NCBI RefSeq assembly: GCF_006345805.1
Contig: NC_043004.1
Coordinates: forward strand, 248,001-312,000
Direction: 5' to 3'
Length of the DNA: 64,000 bases
DNA from: Octopus sinensis
Taxonomy: Eukaryota
The position numbers and the translations under genes were made by a program. The notes beneath the pieces are model-generated. The model was not told the origin of the DNA and ran no database searches. It was given only the letters and a program-made list of their open reading frames with translations. Below, piece by piece: positions 26,940 to 39,295 of the stretch. Numbering within the stretch: position 1 is the first letter of the stretch; every line of letters starts with the position of its first letter.

Positions 26940-27290
26940 TTAATATAATTTCAAATTTTTGGCCCAGCACCAGCAGTTTCGGGGGAGGGGGTAAGTCCAT
27001 TACATAGATCCCAGTATTTCACTGGTACTTATTTCACCGATCCCCGAAAGGATGAAAGGCACTGTGCACCTCAGCGGAGTTTGAACTAAGAATGTGAAGA
27101 CGGACGAAATGCTGCTAAGCATTCTTTTCTGCTCTAGGCACACGAAATTTCGACTCCAGTACGTAGCTGGTACTTAATTTATCGACTCTGAAAAGTCGAC
27201 CGCGGCGGAATTTGAACTCAGATCATAAAGACGAACAAAAATACCGCTAAGCACTCCGCCCGTCGTGCTAACGATTCTGCCAGTTGCGGC
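26940..27290 (-). mobile_element. Two SINE family B copies/fragments
   Basis: cgaaaggatgaaaggc...gaatttgaactcag motifs occur twice. Confidence 0.75.
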
Positions 27291-28131
27291 CTTACTCATT
27301 AATGTCAAAACACAAAATTAAAAGAATAATAGAATTGGTAAAGGTACGGTCAGAATTTAGTTATTTGTGGGTTCAAATCCCGCTGGGAACTTGGTTGCTT
27401 TCATCCTTCTGGGGTTGATTTATAATTGTCCATACAGTCTCCCAAATTTTATAATTTTGTGCTACAAAGTTAGACATCAATATTAAAAAAAGACACGAAT
27501 ACGGACGATGGTGTGGCAGAATTGGTAAATCGTACAACAAAAATAATTTACATGTCGTAATTATTTAATTATAATCATAAGCATTCTACGTTCAAATCCT
27601 GCCAGAAGTGGAATTCCTTTTATCTTTTGCGGGCATCGATAATATCATGTAGCATCAGTTAAGATTGGAACTGATTTTATTCATCTCACCAAATATATAA
27701 CCTTTTTATCCATGTTAAATATCGAAGAGAAATGAATTCCTCAAACAGATTATTTCTCTCTTCCAGCAAGGTAAATCTACACCTTTCCTTCCTTCTTCGA
27801 CTCATTATGGACATTCGACTCCTCATAAACTACTTTCATTTGAAATCTAAATAAACATTTAAAAATAAAGAGAATCAGAGTTTGTTATTACACTAAACAC
27901 AGACAGTGTAGATGTGTTTAGTTTTAATTATATGTGTTTGTTACGCATTTTATTTATTCTTCGCGAATATTTGTGGTTTGTTTTTATTACAATTTGTAAC
28001 TTGTTCCATTATATATTTATTTATAATATAACGTCTTTCACCCCAAACCCCTTTTCTTTGTATAATTTGTCTATTCTCTCCCACACGCTTGTGTAAGACC
28101 CTGTTTAATGTTCTTAGGGGCTAATAAAAAT

Positions 28132-28181
<50 letters not shown>

Positions 28182-28191
28182 TATTATTATT

Positions 28192-28380
28192 GAAGCTGGT
28201 GAGCAGGTAGAATCGTTAGCGCACCGGGCAAAATGCTTAGCGGCATTTCGTCCGTCTTTACGTTCTGGGATCAAATTCGACGAGGTCGACTTTGCTTTTC
28301 ATCATTCCGGTGTTGATAAAAGTAGTACAAGTTGAGCACTGGGGTCGATGTTGCTGGCCTTGTGCCAAAATTTGAAATAT
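28192..28380 (+). mobile_element. SINE family B
   Basis: gaatcgttagcgcaccggg...gaggtcgactttgcttttcatc. Confidence 0.8.
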
Positions 28381-28409
28381 TTTGCGCATTGTAGAAGTAT
28401 AACCAAGTT

Positions 28410-28495
28410 CGTGCCCACGGGCATATGGCGTAGTGGTTAAGAGCGCGGGCTACTAACCCCAAGATTCCGAGTTCGATTCCAAGCAGTGACCTGAA
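28410..28495 (+). mobile_element. SINE family D 5' part (tRNA-like head) of a copy interrupted by the R4/Dong LINE
   Basis: A-box tggcgtagtgg, B-box gagttcgattcc; left TSD gtataaccaagtt at 28397-28409. Confidence 0.85.
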
Positions 28496-28496
28496 C

Positions 28497-28535
<39 letters not shown>

Positions 28536-28550
28536 TATAATAATGATGAT

Positions 28551-28602
<52 letters not shown>

Positions 28603-28648
28603 CAACAACAACAACAACAATAATAATAATAATAATGATAATAATAAT

Positions 28649-31600
28649 GAGAACACCGGGGGACGTTTAAGATGTAAGAAGGAAAATTCAGAGCTCCGAA
28701 ATCTATCCACAAACATCGAAAACAAGGACATCCTATGAAGCCAAAGTTTTACTAACAAAGAATTGGACTGTATCCGAGTAAATAATACTAATTGAAATTT
28801 ATTACTATTTTCGAAACGAAATGATGTATTTTGACTCAATATCATCTCCACCTCTAACGCAACACATGTAAACATGCGTGGAACATCACGATCATCCCCG
28901 ACCCCAAACACCATGTACAAAGGAACTACGAAGAAATTAAATGCCACCGATACTATTCAACCCAAGAATAACAATCGAGCGGTACGTACATTAAACTTAC
29001 AACAAAAAATGTACGAAAAACTACACGTGCGAAATAATGTGACAACAGAAATAAACGGACCGGTATCCTACGAAAATGACGACCGTCAAAATAATGGGCC
29101 GGACGTTGTACCTCATGTCCCGCAAATAAAACCCAAAAGACGTAAATGGACACGTGAGGAATACATTTCTATCTTACACGCATACTTCACAGCAGTACTC
29201 TACCCAAAAAATGAAAATACAACAACACATACATATAAAATATGGAAGGAAAATAATAGAGATATAGACTTGGATACAGCAATGAACCCTAATAAATTAG
29301 CTAACGTACGAAGATACATTCTCAATACAAAAAAAATATCAGAAATAGAAATAGAACACCTAAAAGAAAACATACACCAGGAAAATGTAGATAGAAGCCA
29401 CACAACAATGCCCAATAATATAAACACTGAAACTGTAAAACACGAAGACAAACGCAACATTCCCAACAAACACGATGTAAACAACGAAGGGGAGCCTAAT
29501 GATTATGATAATATAAAAAATAAAATAATCAAAGAACTGAAAACCACAGAGCTCAAAATGGACCACCGACCATACCTCCCAAGAATCAAAACAAACGAAA
29601 TAACAACACCTATTATAAACAGCATAAACCTAGCCGTCACTGAACTGATAGCCACTGAATCAAAAAAAAAGTGATATCACTGAGCTAAATAACCTAATAT
29701 ACGCAGCAGCCACTGCAGCCACAAAAGAAGCTGGATACTCACCCAAACCCGCCCAAACAGGAGTACCACCACCCAAACAAACCCTGTGGATAAATAACAT
29801 CCAAGCAAAATAAAAAAAATTAGAAAAGACCTGTCGATTCTTAATGAAATCAGCAAACAATCAACGCTACTGAGCAACAAAAAGAGAACAAAAATACTCC
29901 GCAAATATAACATCACAGAGAAAGATTTGCCTGAAATAAAAGAAAAGCTGAAGCAAGATATCCTTGCCAAAGCACAAAGGATCCGCCGGTACGAGAAACG
30001 CCAACGCTTCTTTGAAGAAAACAAAAAGTTCAACTCCAACCCCAAAAAGTTCTACCAAGAACTGGGCAAAAATAAAATAGAAGTCACTGCAGCACCAACG
30101 GCAGAAGAATTGGAAGAATTCTGGAGAGAAATATGGTCGGCGAACGAACCACCAAAAAAAAGGAGTATCAAAATAACAAACTCGGCATCTGAACAACTTT
30201 GGACCCCCATAACAACTGAAGAGGTCACCCAGGCACTGCAAAGACTAAGCAACTGGAAGACACCTGGGCATGACAAGATCCCCAACTTCTGGTTGAAATA
30301 TCTAACAGGAATGCACAAAAAGCTGGCTGAAAACTTTAACAACGTACTAGCAGAGCCAGAGACAATGCCTGAATGGCTCACGAAGGGGAAAACCATCTTA
30401 ATTCCCAAATCAAATGAATCAGAAAAACCAGAAAACTACAGACCAATAACCTGCCTCCCTACTATGTTCAAGGCATTTACTGCAGTGATATTACAAAGGC
30501 TGAACAAGCACCTGGACGAAAACAAACTGTTCCAGAAGAGCAGAGAAAGGATGCCGCAAAGGCTCATATGGCTGTAAAGATCAACTAATGATTAATAAAG
30601 CCATAACTGAAGACAGCCACAGAAAGAAGAAAGGCCTCAGTATGGCCTGGATTGACTACAAAAAGGCGTTTGATAGCATCCCCCACACATGGATCCTCGA
30701 AACACTAGCCATTAACAAAGTAGCACCAACAATCATAAAATTCATAGAGCACTCTATGAATAAATGGCAAACAGTCCTACACCTCCAAACAAAAGAGGGA
30801 CTCATGAAAACCAAAGACATCCCCATTAGAAGAGGAATATTCCAGGGAGACACGCTCTCTCCACTCCTTTTCTGCTTGGCACTGTCACCTCTATCTGATA
30901 TGCTAAATAGAACTGGATGCGGATAAATGTTACGGCAAAACGATCAGCCACCTTTTATATATGGATGACCTAAAACTATACGCTGCAAATGACAAACAGC
31001 TGGAAACACTATTAAAGACAGTTCATGGATTTACCAAAGAAATAGATATGAAATTTGGATTAGAAAAATGCGCCAAAGTAACCATGAAAAGAGGAAAACT
31101 AGTTAAGAGTAACAACATCACACTAGATAAAACCAATGAAATAAAAGAATTAGACCAAAGCCAAACTTACAAATACTTAGGAATCCATGAACTAGATAAG
31201 ACACAACACACACAAATGAAAGAGAAAATAAAAAAAGAATATTATAGACGAGTTAGATCAATACTAAACACAGAGCTCAATGCTAAAAACAAGATAATAG
31301 GTATCAACACTTTAGCTGTCCCAGTTATAAGTTACAGCTACAATATCCTTAACTGGACACGAAATGAACTGACCAAAATAGATAGGAAAACAAGAAAAAT
31401 AATGACAGGATCTAGGATGCATCACCCAAAATCTGACATAGAAAGACTATATATACAACGTATAGAAGGTGGTAGAGGCCTTATACAGCTGGAAAACTAC
31501 TATAAAATAACCACCATAGGACTGCAAAAATATCTACTTCAGAAGGAAGGAAAACTGATCCAGATAGCGGCAAAACACGAGCAAAACAAAAAACTGTTCT

Positions 31601-32600
31601 CAGTATTTAAGGAAGCTGACAAATACAAACAAGAAATCATACCACCCAATAAACATGAAGAAGAAGAAGATGAAGAAACAACAAAAGCTATAAAACAAAT
31701 GAAATCCAAACTAAAAATAGAACAGCAACGAACCATGATAAAACGATGGCAAGAAAAGCCCCTTCATGGTAAATACTGGACTAAACTAAACGCAAAAGAA
31801 ATAGACAAAGAAAAATCTCAGCAATGGTTGAGAAGCTCAGGACTCAAAGCAGAAACAGAGGGATTTTTAATTGCAGCACAAGACCAAAGCCTCCCCACCA
31901 GAAATTACCAAAAACATGTAATGAAAAGAAATATTACAAGTAACTGCAGAATATGTGGAGATGGACAAGAAACAATAAATCATATTATCTCTAGCTGCCC
32001 AGTCCTGGCTAAGAAGGAATATATTCACAGACATGACAGAGTTGGAACCTACATACATTGGAAGCTATGCCAACATTATGGAATAACAACAGAAAAAAGA
32101 TGGTATAGGCACACACCAGAAAACGAGAAAGCAACCATACTCTGGGATATGCCGATACACACAGATAGAGAAATTAAGGCCAACAGACCAGATATAGTTG
32201 TCAGAGATCATGAAGAAAAAAAATGCTTTCTAATTGATGTATCAATACCGGCTGATGACAACGTGTCTCTAAAAGAAATGGAGAAACTCTCAAAATACAA
32301 AGACCTGGAAATAGAGGTAACTAGAATGTGGAATCTGAAAACAGAAACAATTCCTATCATAGTAGGTGCATTAGGCATGATAAAAAAATATTCAGACAAA
32401 TACATAACAAAAACACCAGGACTTACAAACACATATAACATACAGAAAATTGCACTACTAGGCACTGCACACATCCTACGCAGAACACTTTCCATACAAT
32501 AACCATCAGAGCATCACAACAAATCACAGCACATACCCAAGGTACACAGAGCTGCGCTCGGTAGTGAAGTGAAAGCACGCTATAAAAATAAAACTACTGA
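28649..32600 (+). mobile_element. Near-full-length non-LTR retrotransposon, R4/Dong clade (RT + CCHC + restriction-like endonuclease)
   Basis: RT motifs NYRPITCL, WIDYKKAFDS, GIFQGDTLSPLLF, YMDD; CRICGDGQETINHIISSC finger; RHDRV and RPDIVV...IDVSIP...EKLSKY RLE motifs; flanked by (AAT)n on both sides. Confidence 0.92.
28874..32502 (+). pseudogene. Single long R4/Dong ORF split by a few small indels (pieces 28874-29674, 29927-30577, 30588-30926, 30961-32502)
   Basis: Pieces are collinear in RT-to-RLE domain order; breaks fall at homopolymer or dinucleotide sites. Confidence 0.88.
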
Positions 32601-32641
32601 ATAATAATGATAATAATAATGATAATAATAATAATAATAAT

Positions 32642-32700
<59 letters not shown>

Positions 32701-32702
32701 CA

Positions 32703-32876
32703 ACATCGAAAAATACTTTAGGAATGAGAACCCAGGTTCGAAATTTCCCCAAGGTACCTGAAGAAGGCTGGAGGGTATATCAGCCGAAACGTTGTGTTAA
32801 CAACAAACAAGATGAGGGCAAATGTCCGTCAAATGTAAATAATGTAAATAATTCCTCATCTCTTAAATATAGAACT
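32703..32876 (+). mobile_element. SINE family D 3' part with HHR motif at 32753-32798
   Basis: Matches the tail of the uninterrupted copy at 36641-36897; right TSD gtataaccaagtt at 32877-32889. Confidence 0.88.
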
Positions 32877-33340
32877 GTATAACCAAGTTATTGCACATAA
32901 ATTTTAACAGCAAAATCTTATGTGGACCCTCAAGGGCAATATAGACCCTAGATGAGAATCACTGATATTAGACAATGGAAACAGCGAGACGAACACTTTC
33001 CAAATAACAGCGGGACCGTGAAATAACCGTAGAAACCATGTCGATGTCTAGGTCACAATTAGTGCGACGAAAATTTTGGCACCAAATATATGTCTAAGTC
33101 AAGTGAAAACGTTTTGTATTTTGAATGGCTAATCTGTCGTCCATGTTTTAATAGTTTTGGTTTCAACACATTGTCAATCACAAATTATATCATTTTCCAG
33201 ACTAATATATCTCCGAAATTCCGAGGGCTTCATCCTGGCTACCAAAATCACGAAGAATTCTGTTACTTGTTGCTTGAACAAAATAACAATTATGCCGCAA
33301 TTTCACTTCATAAAACATTGCATCACTGAGAATTTACCCA

Positions 33341-33790
33341 AGCGTGGCTGCGTGGTAAGAAGCTTGCTTTCCAACCTCATGGTTCCCAGTTCAGTCCCAC
33401 TGCGTGGCACCTTGGGCAGGTGTTTTCTACTATAACCTTGGGCCGACCAAAGCCTCGTGAGTGGATTTCGTAGACGGAAACTGAAAGAATTCCGTCGTAT
33501 ATATATGTAGACATGTGTGTGTTTGTGAGTGTGTGTTTGTGAGTGTGTGTTTGTGAGTGCGCGCGCGCGTGTGTGTGTGTGTGTGTGTTTGCACTGTCAC
33601 GCCCACCACTTGACAACCAGTGTTGGTGTGTTTACGTTCCCGCAACTTATCAGATCGGCAAAAGGGTCCGATATAATACGTACCATACTTCGAATAAATT
33701 AGCATTGGGGTCGATTCATTCGACGAAAAATTCTTCGAGGCGATGCCCCAACATGGCCACAGTCTAATGACTGAAACAAACGAACGATAA
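33341..33790 (+). mobile_element. SINE family A, full length with expanded internal TG tract
   Basis: Head-to-tail homology. Confidence 0.88.
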
Positions 33791-33817
33791 AGAGGTTTTG
33801 CAAATTTTTTTTTCTAT

Positions 33818-34170
33818 AGACGTAGGAGTGGCTGTGTGGTAAGTAGCTCTCTTACCAACCACATGGTACCAGGTTCAGTCCCAGTGCTTGGCACCTTGGG
33901 CAAGTGTCTTCTACTATTGCCTCGAGTTGACCAAAGCCTTGTGAGTGGATTTGGTCGTATATATATTTGTGTGTCTGTGTTCCCCCCCTCCCACATCACT
34001 TGATGTTGGTGTGTTTACGTCCCCGTAACTTAGCGGTTCGGCAAGAGAGACCGATAGAATAAGTACTAGGCTTCACAAAGAATGAGTTGTGGAGTCGATT
34101 TCTTCGACTAAAGGCGGTGCTCCAGCATGGTGCTCCACAGTCGAATGACTGAAACAAATAAAAGAATAAG
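33818..34170 (+). mobile_element. SINE family A, tandem neighbour
   Basis: Head-to-tail homology. Confidence 0.88.
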
Positions 34171-34579
34171 GGAATAGATGTTAAATCAAGAATTATGTGA
34201 AAGAGGGAAAGAAGAATATGTTTGTACATCTCTTGTCAATGACAACCTGGAAACGAAACAGTAAAAAGTCATGTAATAACAGCGAGGCGATGAGTGAACT
34301 TTGAAAATAACATAATATTACAGAAGGGCGAAACGAGAAAAAAATGTTACGAAAAGACAACGGAAAAAAGGGTGATAAAACATATTTTGTAGATTTAGAC
34401 AAGAAAGTAGACCACCTTTTAAAGCAAGAACATACAAGCACTCCACACCACCACACATGTATGCTGACACGTAAGCTCATACATACTGACATATATAACA
34501 ACACATATAGAAATACACACGGATACACACACACACACACACACACACAGATATATATATATATATGCGAATATAAACA

Positions 34580-34897
34580 AAAAGGGTAATAATATAGATT
34601 ACTACCAGTGGCTCAGCACAAAAGACGAATTAGTCATTAAACAAAATATTATTCATATAGAAAAATATTATTCATGTAGAAATATAATTAAGGGCTCCTA
34701 AATAAGGATGCCAAGTGCTGGGAACACAAAAAGGAGATAAATTTATCGAGAGTGAAAATCAAAAACATTTACCGATAACTTTATATGAAAGTTATTTCTA
34801 CATGAATAATATTTTTCTATATGAATAATATTTTGTCTAATGACTAATTCGTCTTTTGTGCTGAGCCACTGGTAGTAATCTATATTATTACCCTTTT
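34580..34897. repeat. Long inverted repeat (105-bp arms, 1 mismatch, 108-bp spacer)
   Basis: 34580-34684 versus 34793-34897. Confidence 0.92.
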
Positions 34898-35116
34898 GAA
34901 TATATATATATATATATATATGTACATTGTTTATATCTCAAGAATTTAGAAGCTTTCGAGAGAACGTGGAAATATTTTTTCTGGGAATTGGATCTCGAAG
35001 TACACAAATGATAGCATGGAAATATGCAAATATTGGGTTGAAAAGTCCCTTTTGGAGAAAAAATGTCCCACGGGCAACTGAATATTTACATGGTGTTATT
35101 TATATCTCTATATGTA

Positions 35117-35330
35117 CAATAATCTCTCGACTACCGCGGGTGTTACGTTCCAAAACACCCCGTGATAGGTGAAAATCAGCGAAGTAGAAACAGTACAGTA
35201 ATATTTTTTTAATTTTTATAATTTATATATATTTATTTTATTATAAATGCAAAAGTACACCACAGAGGAATCGGTGTAAGCTTAATAATAAACCCCGATA
35301 TGGCGATGAATTACTGTACTTCGAGTCCAA
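35117..35330 (+). mobile_element. Tigger/pogo-like DNA transposon end (remnant)
   Basis: TA|caataatctctcgactaccgcgggtgttacgttccaaaacaccccgtgataggtgaaaatc resembles Tigger-type termini (from recall). Confidence 0.55.
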
Positions 35331-35599
35331 ATTCCAAGTAAGAATTATTGTGTGTGGTGTCTGTGTGTCTGTATGTCTGTATGTCTGTGTACATATATCT
35401 ACATATATGTAGATACATATGTGTGTGCGTGTGTGTAAGGGCCTTGTTTCAGTGGGATACTAGGGGACAAGTCCTCCACCTCCATTTTTTCAGGAACGAG
35501 GGACAGACCATCTTTTTTCCCTACTACTTTTTCCCCATCAAAAATCAGGGAAATTTAAGCACGCGTATTTATCACAACATTATGAAGAAAATGAAGTAT

Positions 35600-36580
35600 C
35601 GTCACCACGCTCCTTAAAATCTGTGTGCCCTACTCATTGGCGAACACGACTTCCTGCAGTCAAAGCCTTTCTTGAAAAGTATTCAGATGTCCTCGTTTCT
35701 TTACAAAAGACAACAAATGAGTTTGGCTCCAACATTACATCCAGAGTCAATTGTGTTCATACGTGTCTCCCTACGGGCCAACGTGTTCTTGGATTGCATG
35801 TTGTAGTTCCATTACTTCAACTCCTTGCAGGATTGAACAAATCTTTTCAAAGTACCGCCATCAGTCTAGGTGGCATGTTGCATAGTATCAAACTGGTGCA
35901 GGAGGAGCTAAAATAATCTACGCAGTAAAGAAAAATTACAGGAGCTGTTCAATACAGCAGAAACTGATGATTTATCTACTTGATATTTCTCCTTTGGAGT
36001 TTCCCAGGCAACGAAAAGTTCCTGAAAGATATCAGGAAGGAAATGCGTTAAAGTATCAACACTGCACTGTTTTGGATCATTGCAGAGTGCAGTATTTGCA
36101 GGTAGTGGATACTGCAATAGCAAATTTGAAAGATTTATTTTTCACAGGTTTTAGCAGATTGTGAAAAACTGAGCAATATTTTACTCAGTGGAAATTTTTG
36201 TGTTCAAGTGACCATGCAGTATCTAGAGCTTGATGGATTTTCTTTCAGCAATGAAATACATTTTTATAGAAACCATCATTGCGGATCATCTCTTGAGGGT
36301 CATCGTAAAATATTCAGCGAAATGCAGCCAGAAGTCTGTCGCATGTTTCCAAATGATGAGTGATTGCTCAGGCTATTTATGGTGTGAAGCTGAAATATCT
36401 TTTAGTCTCTGCGGAAGCTCAAAACTTGGCTTCGATCTACCATGACTCAGCAATGGTTGAATCATATTCGAATATGCCACGTTCAAAGAGATGTTTTGAA
36501 AAAGATTGGTTGCGAAGAAGTTGCTAAATTATTTATTGACAGCAATGATGCGAAATATATTACATTTGGAAAGTTCTAAC
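35600..36580 (+). pseudogene. Decayed hAT transposase C-terminal half (ZMYM/zinc finger MYM-like family)
   Basis: CPTHWRTR (CxTRW), QYLQVVDTAI, and CEAE-SFS...LKTWLRSTMTQQWLNH dimerisation motif across frames. Confidence 0.85.
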
Positions 36581-36640
36581 AGACAATAAATTTATTCAAA
36601 ATGTATTTTATACTTTTTTTTATTCAAACCTCTATATTTC

Positions 36641-36897
36641 AGTTCTATATTTAAGAGATGGGGAATTATTTACAATTGACGGATATTTGTCCTCATCTTG
36701 TTTATTGTTAACACAACGTTTCGGCTGATATACCCTCCAGCCTTCATCAGGTGTCTTGAGGAAATTTCAAACCTGAGTTCTCATTCCTAAGGTATTTTTC
36801 GATGGTATTATTATAATTATTCAGGTCACTGCCTGGAATCGAACTCAGAATCTTGGGGTTAGTAGCCCATGCACTTAACCACTACGCCATATGCCCC
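36641..36897 (-). mobile_element. SINE family D, uninterrupted copy: tRNA-like head + short (AAT)n + HHR-bearing tail
   Basis: Minus: gggcatatggcgtagtggttaag...gagttcgattccaggcagtgacctg-aataat-...catcgaaaaatacc...tatagaact. Confidence 0.9.
36710..36755 (-). ncRNA. Minimal type I hammerhead ribozyme motif in SINE D tail
   Basis: GACAC-CTGATGA-A-GGCTG-gagggtatat-CAGCC-GAAA-CG-T-T^GTGTT; stem I GACAC/GTGTT, palindromic stem III ACGT. Confidence 0.72.
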
Positions 36898-36910
36898 TAG
36901 GCTATTATGT

Positions 36911-37024
36911 CCAGGTTCGAAATTTCCCCAAGACACCTGAAGAAGGCTGGAGGGTATATCAGCCGAAACGCTGTGTTAACAACAAAAATGAGGACAAATA
37001 TCCGTCAAATGTAAATAATGTAAA
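36911..37024 (+). mobile_element. Inverted SINE D tail fragment with HHR carrying U16.1>C (36932-36977)
   Basis: ccaggttcgaaatttccccaagacacctgaagaaggctgg...gaaacgctgtgtt. Confidence 0.85.
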
Positions 37025-37557
37025 ATTATACATATACTCATATTTTGGGTTTTATTTTTCTTGTTTGCACCGACATACCTATATATATATCACTAGAGTA
37101 TTAAATGAAAAAGGAAATAATGTAAGCTTCTAATAATGCAGAGATAAAAGCTGAGCTAAAAGCCTTTATATTTCGAGCGCAAAAACTCATGTTCAGAAGA
37201 GTACAGTCAAAGAAATGTGTCTGCGTAGATTCTGCCATTTGGATTGCTGGATGGGCTGTATCTCGTTTTAGTCCGCTGCTTGTGCTAGTAGCAGCAACTC
37301 TCCAAATCATTGTGTTGTTGGTTCTGTAGAGGTCACATTGGAGGCGGTGGAGGAAGACTGGCCATAGGTTGGCAGCAATTACGGTGAAAGGGATTATCAC
37401 TGGTGGTAAATTCCGTGGTAGTAGTCGGTGATAGTGCTTTTCTACATTGGTGTTGTTGGCGATGGTGGTAAATATCGTGGTTGTAGTCGGTGATGGTGAC
37501 GGTGTTAGTTAGTCTTTTAGCAGTCATTGACAAGGCGGTGGCAAACAACAGCAACAG

Positions 37558-37668
37558 GTAGAGGCGCAATGGCCCAGTGGTTAGAGTAGCGGACTCGCGG
37601 TCGTAAAAACGCGGTTTCGATTCCCAGATCGGGCATTGTGTGTGTTTATTGAGCAAAAGCACCTATAT
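37558..37668 (+). mobile_element. SINE family C head fragment
   Basis: tggcccagtggttagagtagcggactcgcggtc...ggtttcgattcccag. Confidence 0.8.
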
Positions 37669-37689
37669 GGTGCATTATGTGTGTTCGCA

Positions 37690-38345
37690 GACATTTACCC
37701 GCGTCGCGAATAGGACAGTTTACCAGTGTGCAAGGTTGTTGTTCGGCGCGTGATCTCCTCGTTGGCAGGTGGCTACGCAGCAACGTTCCCCAGTGGGCAA
37801 GCAGGCTGTCAGGGCCTTCTCTGGAGATGGGTTTACGGATGACAAAGGTTGTCTTCTCTCTAAAATGGGGAATCCTCGGGAAGTAAATTCTAAAGAAATC
37901 CCTCTTGCCACGTTTATTTGGCATATGTCTGTGTAGACTGTTTGTAACAGGCATTGGATATCCGTTGATTCTAGTTATCTTGAGCAATCATGCAACTTGT
38001 GTCCTGGCTAGCACTGACATTGCATCTGTTGTGTATGTGAGTGATCTTATTTTGTGTGTAGCCGGTCTTAGCCCTGATGGGGATGGCCGACGTGTAATAG
38101 ACGAAGAGGTCTTGACAAGTTGTCTTTCGATAGAACGCTGTGTCGATTCTTCCCCCGTCCGTGAAGCTTAAACGTAAGTCAAGCAAGGGGAACGAACCAT
38201 CGTCATCCGGGTGTTCGATGGGGAAATATGTATGCTGGCCCATGTTAGTGAAGATTTCCAGTATGGCGAAGGCATCCTCAGAGGATGAAGTGAGCATGAG
38301 GTTGTCGTCTATATACCTGGTTAAGAAGGCACATAAGCGGCAGGT
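37690..38345 (-). pseudogene. Decayed Penelope-like reverse transcriptase C-terminal/thumb fragment
   Basis: LTRYIDDNL upstream of ORF 37971-38297, then DGSFPLLDL, FYRKTT...YYTSAIP...KTG and NGYP, all typical of PLE RT. Confidence 0.82.
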
Positions 38346-38779
38346 ACTGAGTGCCCGCAGAGAGACTTATAATTACATTATAATTACATATATATTTGCT
38401 GCTTTTAAATGTATGCCGTCTGTAAATCAGTCAACCCAGTTGATCTCGAGTAGGAGAACTAATGCACTAATATGTTTCTATTCACTAATATGTTGTTTAT
38501 TTAAGGCGGGAGAGCGTCTAGTGCGTGTTTTCGATTGTAATGTGCGATATGAAAATCGATATTATCCAGGCAGGAATAGCTGACCTTCATGCTACTGATG
38601 TCCAAGGGCTTGTTGTATTTGTGCGTCAGTGGAAAGCATACTCCTCGAAATATTAGTGTTTACAGTGTTGTAGAAAGGGAATTAGACCAGGTTAGCTTTT
38701 TCTTCGTGTTTCATTCATGAGTTTATGGTGTGATGTCTTTATATTTCGTTTATTTTGTCTTATACACGCACACTTATTT

Positions 38780-38790
38780 TATGTATGTAT

Positions 38791-38852
<62 letters not shown>

Positions 38853-38980
38853 GCTCACACACACAAACATATATATACACACACATAAATATATTTAATC
38901 AAATATACATGTATACGTACGTATATACATTCATATATATGCATGTATATGAGTGCGTGCGTGTGTATGTAAGTATATAC

Positions 38981-39012
<32 letters not shown>

Positions 39013-39040
39013 GACAGACAGACAGACGGACGGACAGACG

Positions 39041-39129
<89 letters not shown>

Positions 39130-39235
39130 TAGATAGATAGATAGATAGATAGATAGATACACACATACATAATACATACATATATACATACATACATAGA
39201 TATGTACGCGTGTAAGTATATAAATATGCAAGCAA

Positions 39236-39295
<60 letters not shown>
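38780..39295. repeat. Compound TA/GACA/GATA/TG microsatellite
   Basis: Direct reading. Confidence 0.93.

Noticed and set aside
27751-27776. ttccag|CAAG|gtaaat as a 4-nt microexon
   Set aside because: Weak donor and a pattern easily produced by chance; no supporting context.
28419-28495. tRNA-like sequence (loop CTACTAA) as a tRNA gene; likewise the heads at 7032, 18200-18268 and 37558
   Set aside because: No proper acceptor stem, and each continues into a repeated SINE body.
29200-32495. Minus-strand ORFs over the R4 LINE
   Set aside because: Antisense shadows of the A-rich coding strand.
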